Below the pieces are notes generated by a model. That model searched no databases. It was given only the letters and a program-made list of their open reading frames with translations, and was not told the origin of the DNA. Below are positions 56,976-64,000 of a DNA stretch of 64,000 nucleotides, in pieces. Every line of letters begins with the position of its first letter. The first letter of the stretch is position 1. Origin of the DNA: Candidatus Uhrbacteria bacterium (lineage in GTDB: Bacteria; Patescibacteriota; Patescibacteriia; JACQRZ01); contig JACQSB010000018.1 in NCBI GenBank assembly GCA_016206175.1, forward strand, positions 1,334 to 65,333, read 5' to 3'. A program made the position numbers and the translations under genes.

Positions 56976-57452
56976 TCAGTTGAGGATCCAGATCGCATAG
57001 TTGAGGTATGCGGCAAAACTCACCCAAAGAATGTACGGTACAAGAAGATACGCCGCGGGTCTTGATATTCTATAGAATGCTACTATCGTCGCGGCAATCA
57101 GCAGCCAGAGAACGGTTATATCGGCAAAAGCGAATCCGGGATTGCGCAAACCGAAAAAAAGAATAGACCAAGCGGCGTTAAGGGTGAGTTGCGCGCCGAA
57201 TACGCCTAAGGCAACTTTGACGTTTTTCTGCGTCCATCCTTTTTTCCAGACGAGAAAAGCCGCGATCCCCATAAGCGCATACAAAACCGTCCATACGGGA
57301 CCGAAGACCCATGCCGGAGGATTAAAAGCCGGCTTGACAAGGTCGGCATACCAAACAGGAATTGCCGATACGGTAAATACGGACCCGACAATTCCGGCGA
57401 GCTCCGAGATGCCGATTGCGATGACAAGCTTTATGGCATTACCCGACTGCAT
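56976..57452 (-). CDS. tspO: TspO/MBR tryptophan-rich sensory protein
   Basis: Five TM helices with PPAWVFGPVWTVLY and WSILFF motifs. Confidence 0.88.
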   Translation of the reverse strand: MQSGNAIKLVIAIGISELAGIVGSVFTVSAIPVWYADLVKPAFNPPAWVFGPVWTVLYALMGIAAFLVWKKGWTQKNVKVALGVFGAQLTLNAAWSILFFGLRNPGFAFADITVLWLLIAATIVAFYRISRPAAYLLVPYILWVSFAAYLNYAIWILN

Positions 57453-57619
57453 AACGATTTCTTATACGAAAGGGCATATTGAGTTTGAAAAAAATGTGCG
57501 AAAGAAACGATAGCGGCGATTTTATTACCAACTAATATTATACCAAGTACGAGAATCATGGCAAAAAAATACTCTCCTCAGCTTGGGCGAAAGCTCGGTA
57601 TCTTTTTTCATCGGAAATC

Positions 57620-58096
57620 TCATTTTGAAATAATATGCGGGAAAATAGATACTATTTGCGCGCTTGCGACAAACAGAATACATAGTGCGGCTGTCCTCAC
57701 AAATCTGCGGGGATTCGTGATCTGGAATCGCAGCGCGCTGCCCTGCCCCCTGGCAAATGAAATTTCTTCTCTTGCGACAGCAATCGTATATCCGAGATAT
57801 AATATCGAAAAAAATGAAAGAAAAACAACAGCCGCAAACCATGCCCACAGATAGGATGGCGGCAAAGCGCAGAATCCTTGGATATCAGGCGTTTTGCAGC
57901 CCAATAATGCCGTAAAAACAGGATTCACAAGCACGGTGACGATAAATAACGGCGATACGACAATGATCGCAGCTGCGGCCCCGATACCGCCGTAGGAAAA
58001 TAACGCACCGATAATTTGGATCAATATGACAATTCCGATCACAATACCAAATGTCGTAAACGGATAGAGGATGAAACGGATGAAACGTTTTTTCAT
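57620..58096 (-). CDS. hypothetical membrane protein (158 aa)
   Basis: ATG 58096 (MKKRFIRFILYPF) begins the hydrophobic part. The upstream part of the track ORF looks non-coding. Confidence 0.5.
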   Translation of the reverse strand: MKKRFIRFILYPFTTFGIVIGIVILIQIIGALFSYGGIGAAAAIIVVSPLFIVTVLVNPVFTALLGCKTPDIQGFCALPPSYLWAWFAAVVFLSFFSILYLGYTIAVAREEISFARGQGSALRFQITNPRRFVRTAALCILFVASAQIVSIFPHIISK

Positions 58097-58468
58097 ACTA
58101 TTACCGCAGAGAATGGTAAAGATTTTACTCCCATAGAAATTTATAACAACGCTCTGCGCGCTATGGTATTCTTGCGATGACCCGCACGGACGCCGCTGCC
58201 GCGTCGTATGCGGCAGGAAGCGCAATCACTTCAAATGCCCAGTCCTGCAAAGCTGCTCCAAGCGCGCCATTGATTCAATAATGAGTATTTCATGGGTGAG
58301 CAGGATTTTAGGGATCACGTACGGCGCGGTATCGGGACTCGGCGTATCCATGCCGATAAATTTTATTTGTATGGAATAAAGGGGTCAGGGACCTTTTCTC
58401 ACTTTTTTCTTTTCACCTTTTCTTTTTCCTAACAGCTTGCCCAGAATGAGATTGACTGATACATATTC

Positions 58469-58565
58469 TTGACAATAATAATTGACGTAGTATTCTAGGG
58501 ATAGAATCCACATTGAGAAGCACCTCCTACGGTTCCGTCCTTAGGCGGTGTTTTTCTTTTTGTAC
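58469..58565 (+). ncRNA. candidate ~60-nt convergent antisense transcript at the 3' end of NYN gene 1
   Basis: TTGACA (58469..58474), 16-nt spacer, TATTCT (58491..58496). Hairpin CACCtCCTA...TAGGcGGTG (58521..58550) followed by TTTTTCTTTTT, overlapping the NYN stop codon at 58541..58543. Confidence 0.3.
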
Positions 58566-59050
58566 TCAAGTTTCTTCTGAAGATTATTGATAAAAACAAG
58601 CTTCTCTTTTGCCGTGCTCTTTAATAACGTTGAACATGTTTTGTAATAAGGACTGATGACCTTTTCGAGTTTATTCTTCTCATACAAAAAATTCACGGCT
58701 GAATAAAAGTCTCCGTCGCTGGTTACCAATACCGCCCTAGCACAATTGTTCTCGAAGTGGTCGATGACGATTTGAAGCACCATATCGGCATCGACATTCC
58801 CTTTATGTGCGCCGTCTCGATCTGGCAATACAGGCTTGAACTTCAGAATATATCCACTTTTTTGTAAGGAGCTATACAGGTCTTGGTTTTGAGGAATAAA
58901 GCCGATAAAAAGATAGGCAATCTTTACGGAATATTTTTCCGTTAAATAGACTCGAAATTTTTTGTAATCAAGCTTCCATCCTAGGCTCTGTACTCCGAGA
59001 TTAAGATTTTGACTGTCGATATAGGCATAATTATTTTCTTTGGCGATCAT
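58541..59050 (-). CDS. NYN (LabA-like) domain nuclease-family protein
   Basis: YAYIDSQNL...GNVDADMVL...VLVTSDGDF are NYN/PIN-like acidic motifs. ATG 59050 (MIAKENNYAY) follows the terminator of the kinase gene. Confidence 0.75.
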   Translation of the reverse strand: MIAKENNYAYIDSQNLNLGVQSLGWKLDYKKFRVYLTEKYSVKIAYLFIGFIPQNQDLYSSLQKSGYILKFKPVLPDRDGAHKGNVDADMVLQIVIDHFENNCARAVLVTSDGDFYSAVNFLYEKNKLEKVISPYYKTCSTLLKSTAKEKLVFINNLQKKLEYKKKNTA

Positions 59051-59079
59051 ATCACTGCAGTATACACTATAAATATCAG

Positions 59080-59104
59080 ATACAAAAGGCCCCCAAGGGG
59101 GGCC
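59080..59104 (-). terminator. intrinsic terminator after the histidine kinase gene
   Basis: Minus strand reads GGCCCCC-CTT-GGGGGCC followed by TTTTGTATCT. Confidence 0.72.
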
Positions 59105-59239
59105 GATTGTGCTCAATATACTACTTGGCTCTCGATCGTGGACGATGTGAGAACCCATCTCATGAAATGATATAATTGATATTGTGGACTGCTTTATCAA
59201 TAATCATACAGAATACCTTTTGAAGATTTACCTGAGGAT

Positions 59240-60880
59240 TTACCGATTTTTCATAACCAAGGGAATGGAAACAAAAAATGTTGCGCCTTTCTGTTCTTGT
59301 GACTCAAACCAGACAGACCCGCCAAAACGATCCACAATCTGTTTGACAACATAGAGCCCAAGGCCGGTACCGACCGCATTGAGTGCGCGGGCGTTATCTG
59401 CGCGAAAAAGTTTTGAAAAAATTTTATCGTGCTGATGAGCGGGTATACCACAGCCCGTATCAGCAATCTTCATGACAAGGCTGTCCACGTTCATCTTCCT
59501 GCCATCTACGCACTCGCCTTTTGTTACCCTCCAAACAGCGCAATCAATCGTACCCTTTGAGGGTGTATATTTAATCGCATTAGAGAGAATATTGATAACG
59601 ACCATGCGTAACAATTTTTGATCAATCAGCATGGTTGGGAGGTCATCAGCAAAGTGTGTCGCAAGCGAAATATTTTTTCGTTCAATCTCCGATTTCTGTT
59701 CACTGATGACGTGACTGATCACGGATACAGTATCGGTTGGCTCGAGCTTCAGAGTCAGTGTACCGAGCTCCAAACGCGCGACATTAAGCAGTGCGTCTAC
59801 CAGGCCAGCCATCTGTTGATTACTTTCATAAATTTTTTCAAAAAATCTTCTCTGCTGCTCATTGAGGGGGCCTGCGTCACCAGACAACAGCATCTCAGCG
59901 TGCCACTTAATTGTTGTGATTGGACCGAGTAGCTGATGGGAGGCAAGCGATACAAACTCTGTCTTTACCTTGTCAATTCCCTGTTCCTTTGTTATATCCC
60001 GAAATATCTCAACCGCGCCGACGACAGTATTCTCCAGCATGACCGGCGTAACGGTGATGGCGACCGGAAATTTTGTCTTGTCGCTGCGTATATAATAAAA
60101 ACCCCCGTGAATCGTTTTCATCCTTGGAAGATCCCTGCGCCATGCTTCGTCAGTAGTAGTAGTAGTAGTAGTAGTTGAGGTGGTTGTAGACGTCCCCGCC
60201 GACAGGGCGACTGACATGGGGCGATCGATCGTCGCAACAAGCTCTCCTTTTTCGTTCTCAATTGGAAAAATATCAAAGAGCAGCTTTCCGATAACATCCT
60301 TGCCCTCCAAACCAAGAAGTGCTTGCGCCGCTTGATTCATGCGCGTTATTCTGCCGGAAAAATCAAGGGTAATAACGCCGTCCCCGATACTGGCGAGGAT
60401 TGCCTCAACATGGGCCCTGACATGCGCGAGCTCTTGCTTTTCCGCTTGTAAATCCTCAAAAACGTTTCGCGCGGCAATCTTCGCATCTTCAGCTTTTTTC
60501 TCTATGAGTTTGTGTTCGGTGATATTCTGAAATACGGCGACAAAAAAATTTTTGTTAGGGCTGTATGCCCTGACGAAAAACCACCGTTCAAGCGACTCGA
60601 TGTGCATTTCAAAATCTTCCGATACTCCAGTCGAGGAAACTCTGCCGCAAGCCTCGAACAGTGTCGGATTTGATGCGATAATTCCGGGAATGAGCTGTGT
60701 GACATTCTTGCCTACGACATCTTTCAACCCGGTCAATCGTTCAAAATTTTTATTTACCGCAAGATAGGTAAAATCAACCGGACGGGCACGGGCATCAAAA
60801 ATCATGCGGCAATACATGATGCCGTCCGGCGAATTATCAAACAGTGACTTGTGGAGCTCTTCTGCATCCCAAGCGTTCAT
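59240..60880 (-). CDS. cytoplasmic PAS-PAS sensor histidine kinase (orphan, no cognate response regulator in window)
   Basis: Two PAS-like regions, H-box FVSLASHQLLGPIT, and N/G boxes NAIKYT, DTGCGIP and GTGLGLYV. Confidence 0.85.
   Translation of the reverse strand: MNAWDAEELHKSLFDNSPDGIMYCRMIFDARARPVDFTYLAVNKNFERLTGLKDVVGKNVTQLIPGIIASNPTLFEACGRVSSTGVSEDFEMHIESLERWFFVRAYSPNKNFFVAVFQNITEHKLIEKKAEDAKIAARNVFEDLQAEKQELAHVRAHVEAILASIGDGVITLDFSGRITRMNQAAQALLGLEGKDVIGKLLFDIFPIENEKGELVATIDRPMSVALSAGTSTTTSTTTTTTTTDEAWRRDLPRMKTIHGGFYYIRSDKTKFPVAITVTPVMLENTVVGAVEIFRDITKEQGIDKVKTEFVSLASHQLLGPITTIKWHAEMLLSGDAGPLNEQQRRFFEKIYESNQQMAGLVDALLNVARLELGTLTLKLEPTDTVSVISHVISEQKSEIERKNISLATHFADDLPTMLIDQKLLRMVVINILSNAIKYTPSKGTIDCAVWRVTKGECVDGRKMNVDSLVMKIADTGCGIPAHQHDKIFSKLFRADNARALNAVGTGLGLYVVKQIVDRFGGSVWFESQEQKGATFFVSIPLVMKNR
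60152..60175 (-). repeat. (ACT)8 trinucleotide microsatellite encoding poly-Thr inside the kinase
   Basis: The + strand has (AGT)x8 at 60152..60175. The protein reads GTSTTTSTTTTTTTTDE. Confidence 0.9.
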
Positions 60881-60889
60881 TGGCGTGAG

Positions 60890-61519
60890 TTAAAAGTTGT
60901 CGTCGTGGCCGGATAACGCGCTTCTGTCTTCATTATTTGTAATCCGCGCCTTGAGGTCCTCGATTTCTTTTTTGAGCTCAACCATTTTTACTTCCCGCCC
61001 GATCATGGTTTCGTTCAGTGTTTCCAATTCTTTTACGCGTGCCTCCAATTCTGTTGTCCTCTTTGCCACTTCTCGCGTGAGTTCTTCGGTGTATTTCTTC
61101 ATTTTATCCTCAAGTTCTACCTGTTTGGTAATGTCCTCCATAGCCAGTAGTACAATCGGAGTTTTGTTATCCACCGTGAACACCTGCCGTGCGTTGAGCA
61201 TCATAATGCGGAATCCAATGCCCGGAAAATTGTGCTCCACTCTAAAATCTTCAAAAAAGGTATTATTTGGCAGAATATCCTCAAGTAAGATTTTTAATTT
61301 AGGAATATTCCATTGGCCGTTCCCCAAATCATATACTTTTTTCCCTTCTGTTTCCTGGGCGGTTGTCTGAAAAAACGCATAGAATGTTCTATTGGCCGAG
61401 AGTATATTCAGTTCATCCCCGAGAACTAAAAACGGCTCCCGCACAGTATCAACAACCGTCCTAATATACGTCCATGCGACTTTCCATAGCTCATCCGCCG
61501 CGATGTCACTTTGTTTCAT
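60890..61519 (-). CDS. PAS-domain protein with C-terminal coiled coil
   Basis: PAS-like fold (FLVLGDELNILSANRTFYAFF...GNGQW) followed by a heptad-rich tail. Lies 9 nt upstream of the kinase gene. Confidence 0.7.
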   Translation of the reverse strand: MKQSDIAADELWKVAWTYIRTVVDTVREPFLVLGDELNILSANRTFYAFFQTTAQETEGKKVYDLGNGQWNIPKLKILLEDILPNNTFFEDFRVEHNFPGIGFRIMMLNARQVFTVDNKTPIVLLAMEDITKQVELEDKMKKYTEELTREVAKRTTELEARVKELETLNETMIGREVKMVELKKEIEDLKARITNNEDRSALSGHDDNF

Positions 61520-61713
61520 AAGGTATGCTTCTTAAAGTGCTGATTTATAACAATAAGTATAGCATGCTTTTTCGCATACTAGAATGCCATGAAACTCATA
61601 TCCCTCAACAATTAGGCGGTTCCAGGAATAGTTTTTTTGTGCACGAGGTTTTGTTTTTTATGGTAATTTCTTCTCCATATCCTCGTCTTATATACTGCCA
61701 TGGTTATCCACTA

Positions 61714-61805
61714 TGGACACAGGTTCGTTTCTGTGGTATAGTGGAATCGTAGGTGAAAGCCTACTAATCACGCGGTCCCGCCACAAGCGGGATTTTCGCT
61801 TTTTA
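61714..61805 (+). ncRNA. candidate ~55-nt convergent transcript abutting the 3' end of NYN gene 2
   Basis: TGGACA (61714..61719), 17-nt spacer, extended -10 TGgTATAGT (61734..61742). Hairpins GTAGG-TGAAAG-CCTAC and CCCGC-CACAA-GCGGG, then ATTTTCGCTTTTT ending on the NYN stop codon (61803..61805). Confidence 0.35.
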
Positions 61806-62453
61806 TAGATAATTCCTTTTACCGTCATAAAACCTTCCAAAATCAATATAGCGATCTTTTACCTTATGGAGCTCGCCCGCTGTCATATTGCGGACACCCA
61901 CGATATACACCTTTTTGCCCTTGAGTTTGAGCCGCTCAAGCGGCGCAGCCATATCGGAATCGCCGGAGTAGAGTATTACGCCCGAAACTTTTTCAGCATC
62001 ATCCATGATGTCCATTGCCATCTCAACGTCAAAATTGCACTTCGGCTCTTCAATGACCAGTCCTGTTTTCCGTATCTCTTCAACAAGCTCGTGCACTTTT
62101 GACGTAATGCCGTCATTGAATAAAGTCATCGTTGATCGCTTAAAAAGAAACGCCTGATCAATATTCTTGCGGATAAACTTCATGGGCTTTGAACGAAGCG
62201 TCGCGCCAGCCAGACGAATCCGCTTGTGAAACGCCAGTGAGGATGCGAGATCGCGCTCATTGACACCGTAATATGCTTTGACTTCTTTTACCGACGGGAA
62301 CGACAAAAGTTGTTTGATGACGCTCTCAATCCGAAACCGCCAACCCAGGACATTTTGCCAATGAAACATATTCGTGATATCGAGATACGCGATGAGTGCT
62401 GTCTCATGGCGAAGAATATCGTAGTATGCGTTTTGCTTTTCATCTACGGTCAT
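61803..62453 (-). CDS. NYN (LabA-like) domain nuclease-family protein, second distinct paralogue
   Basis: IAYLDITN...NFDVEMAMD...ILYSGDSDM are NYN acidic motifs. Confidence 0.75.
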   Translation of the reverse strand: MTVDEKQNAYYDILRHETALIAYLDITNMFHWQNVLGWRFRIESVIKQLLSFPSVKEVKAYYGVNERDLASSLAFHKRIRLAGATLRSKPMKFIRKNIDQAFLFKRSTMTLFNDGITSKVHELVEEIRKTGLVIEEPKCNFDVEMAMDIMDDAEKVSGVILYSGDSDMAAPLERLKLKGKKVYIVGVRNMTAGELHKVKDRYIDFGRFYDGKRNYL

Positions 62454-62649
62454 AGAAATTGCGTGTTGCTCCTTACGGCCTCCTCTTGGGAGACATGGGG
62501 TCAGCCATAATTTTTATCAACCCCACAAATTAAATCATAGCAAGTTTCCTATTGATTTCAATTCTTTTTTGCATTCCGACGGAGAAAAATTCAGATACGA
62601 AAAAGCCCCTGAAGGGGGAGATCCCGCTTTGTATCCTGTCTGGTAAGCA

Positions 62650-62837
62650 CTGACGACATTGAGTTCTACAATCGCGTAGGCGTTCATAAAGCATTTGAAG
62701 AACAGCTCGAGGCAATAAAAACACAAGGATGGACATACAATTACAAACGGCCCCATCAGGCATTAGGGTACCTGACATCCATGGAGTTCTATGAGCTCTG
62801 GAAAAAAATCCCGAGGAAGGGTAAACGCTCAATTTAA
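62650..62837 (+). mobile_element. C-terminal remnant of an rve (DDE) integrase/transposase
   Basis: Not in the ORF track. The + frame reads ...IEFYNRVGVHKAFEEQLEAIKTQGWTYNYKRPHQALGYLTSMEFYELWKK...*. YN..RPH.ALGY.T..EF is the conserved rve tail. There is no upstream catalytic domain and an in-frame TGA lies at 62610. Confidence 0.65.
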
Positions 62838-64000
62838 ATACCAAGAGCAGCGAGTGCGCCTTCAGATACTGCTTCTGTGACACGACCACCTTTACGCGCA
62901 TCACCCACAACGCTCACATTTTTTATTACCATTTTCAATTCGTTGGTCATCCCATCATTCGGCATTGCGCCAAGACACATCACGACCGTATCTGCTGGCA
63001 TAGTCTTCCCTCCCTGGGATCCTTCAATCGATACGGTCGAGGGTCCGATTCCCATTACTTTGTATTCAGTCATAATCTTTACTTTTTTCTTTTTCAATCG
63101 TCCGAGAAGCAACGCGCGATCATCAGAAGGCGCTTCTGCTGCTATCGAACCGCTTGCTTCGACAATGGTTACCGGGTGTCCATGATCCGCAAGCACTTCT
63201 GCCACCTGAGCACCCATACACCCACCTCCAGCAATCACTACCTTCCCTCTCGCTTCTGCCCATCCTTCGAGAAGATCTCGAGCAATCACGACGTTTGTTC
63301 TCCCGACTCCTGGGATATTCGGCCGCGAAGGAGAAGATCCAAGCGCGACAATGCAAGCATCATACTCGCCCCTCTTGATCATCGCGGGTGAAAATTCTGT
63401 ATTGAGGCGAATGTCAACGTTGAGAGATTGGACACTTCTCACAAGGCCTGTAATAAAATCACCCCAATCCTGACGATATGGCAATGCAGCTGCAGCATTT
63501 ACTTGACCGCCAAGTTTAGCCTGCTTCTCATATAAAACTACCTTGTGTCCCCTTTCCGCTGCCACCTTTGCCGCGGAAAGGCCAGCAGGACCCCCGCCGA
63601 TAACAAGCACTTTCTTCTTTGTTTTTACGGGTCGCTTAAATTCAAGCTCACGTCCACAATAAGGATTCACCGTGCAGAGCACATCCTGCCCAGCAAACAA
63701 ACGACTAATGCATCCTTGATTACATGCGATACATCTATTGATCTGATCAAGTCGATTCTCGCGCACCTTGGTAGGATAATCAGGATCAGCGAGGAGCGTA
63801 CGGCCAATTCCAATGAAATCAGCTTTCTTTTCTGTAAGAATTTTTTCAGCGCCTTCAGGGGTACGGATTTTCGCGACTGCAATAACAGGAATCTTCACGG
63901 CTTTCTTTACCCCCGCTGCAAGATACACGAGCGGCTCATCCGGCATTGCCATTGGGGGAATAAGATACCCTCTGGCATACGATGCATAATTTCCTACACT
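62834..64000 (-). CDS. NADH:flavin oxidoreductase (OYE TIM-barrel + FAD/NAD(P) domain, 2,4-dienoyl-CoA-reductase-like), N-terminus outside window
   Basis: End of the TIM barrel (ADFIGIGRTLLADPDYP), Fe-S motif CIACNQGC and VLVIGGGPAGLSAA. The reading frame stays open beyond 63952 to the window edge. Confidence 0.8.
   Translation of the reverse strand, partial: SVGNYASYARGYLIPPMAMPDEPLVYLAAGVKKAVKIPVIAVAKIRTPEGAEKILTEKKADFIGIGRTLLADPDYPTKVRENRLDQINRCIACNQGCISRLFAGQDVLCTVNPYCGRELEFKRPVKTKKKVLVIGGGPAGLSAAKVAAERGHKVVLYEKQAKLGGQVNAAAALPYRQDWGDFITGLVRSVQSLNVDIRLNTEFSPAMIKRGEYDACIVALGSSPSRPNIPGVGRTNVVIARDLLEGWAEARGKVVIAGGGCMGAQVAEVLADHGHPVTIVEASGSIAAEAPSDDRALLLGRLKKKKVKIMTEYKVMGIGPSTVSIEGSQGGKTMPADTVVMCLGAMPNDGMTNELKMVIKNVSVVGDARKGGRVTEAVSEGALAALGI

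Noticed and set aside
58226-58351. 41-aa ORF as a degenerate response-regulator receiver fragment
   Set aside because: Only a KILL...I.E....L pattern is shared, the acidic pocket residues are absent, and the ORF is too short to score. Mentioned only as context for the accessory patch.
1-64000. CRISPR arrays, tRNA, rRNA, tmRNA or RNase P genes
   Set aside because: No regularly spaced direct repeats were seen. No tRNA-like T-arm (GGTTCGAATC-type) or conserved rRNA/RNase P blocks turned up on reading both strands. The only tandem repeats are the (ACT)8 run and a TACGATATA x2 duplication near 40080.

Overview
Compact bacterial chromosome segment, about 90% coding and mostly on the minus strand. 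No rRNA, tRNA or CRISPR array was seen. Recognisable core genes are a proline/arginine block (proS, proB, proA, proC, argH, argG), a DEAD-box helicase, typA, ppsA, a znuACB-type metal ABC transporter, an NRAMP transporter, a cyclophilin, an MFS pump, tspO and a purine nucleoside phosphorylase. Between them lie many lineage-specific secreted and membrane proteins. Gene content hints at an uncultivated small-genome lineage (Patescibacteria-like), but this is inference only. Main non-obvious signals, in window order: (1) A near-identical palindromic operator sits at the same promoter position upstream of znuA and of a collagen-like, S74-autoprocessing fibre protein with a His-rich tract. (2) proS is broken by a single in-frame TAG at the invariant Tyr codon of class II motif 2. 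(3) A T-box leader with an Arg (CGC) specifier and intrinsic terminator lies upstream of argG-argH. (4) A novel ~55-aa GEAWYV module occurs six times in three secreted proteins. (5) A 1455-aa SF2 helicase carries about 12 tandem HTH-like repeats and is preceded by a GC-rich, structured 150-nt element. (6) Two NYN-nuclease genes each face a convergent promoter-plus-terminator mini-transcript at their 3' ends. The base composition is mosaic (about 35-47% GC background with about 58-65% GC single-gene or two-gene islands). Decayed accessory elements include a RelE remnant, a short RhuM-family ORF and a transposase tail. All calls come from reading the sequence and translations; no searches were run.
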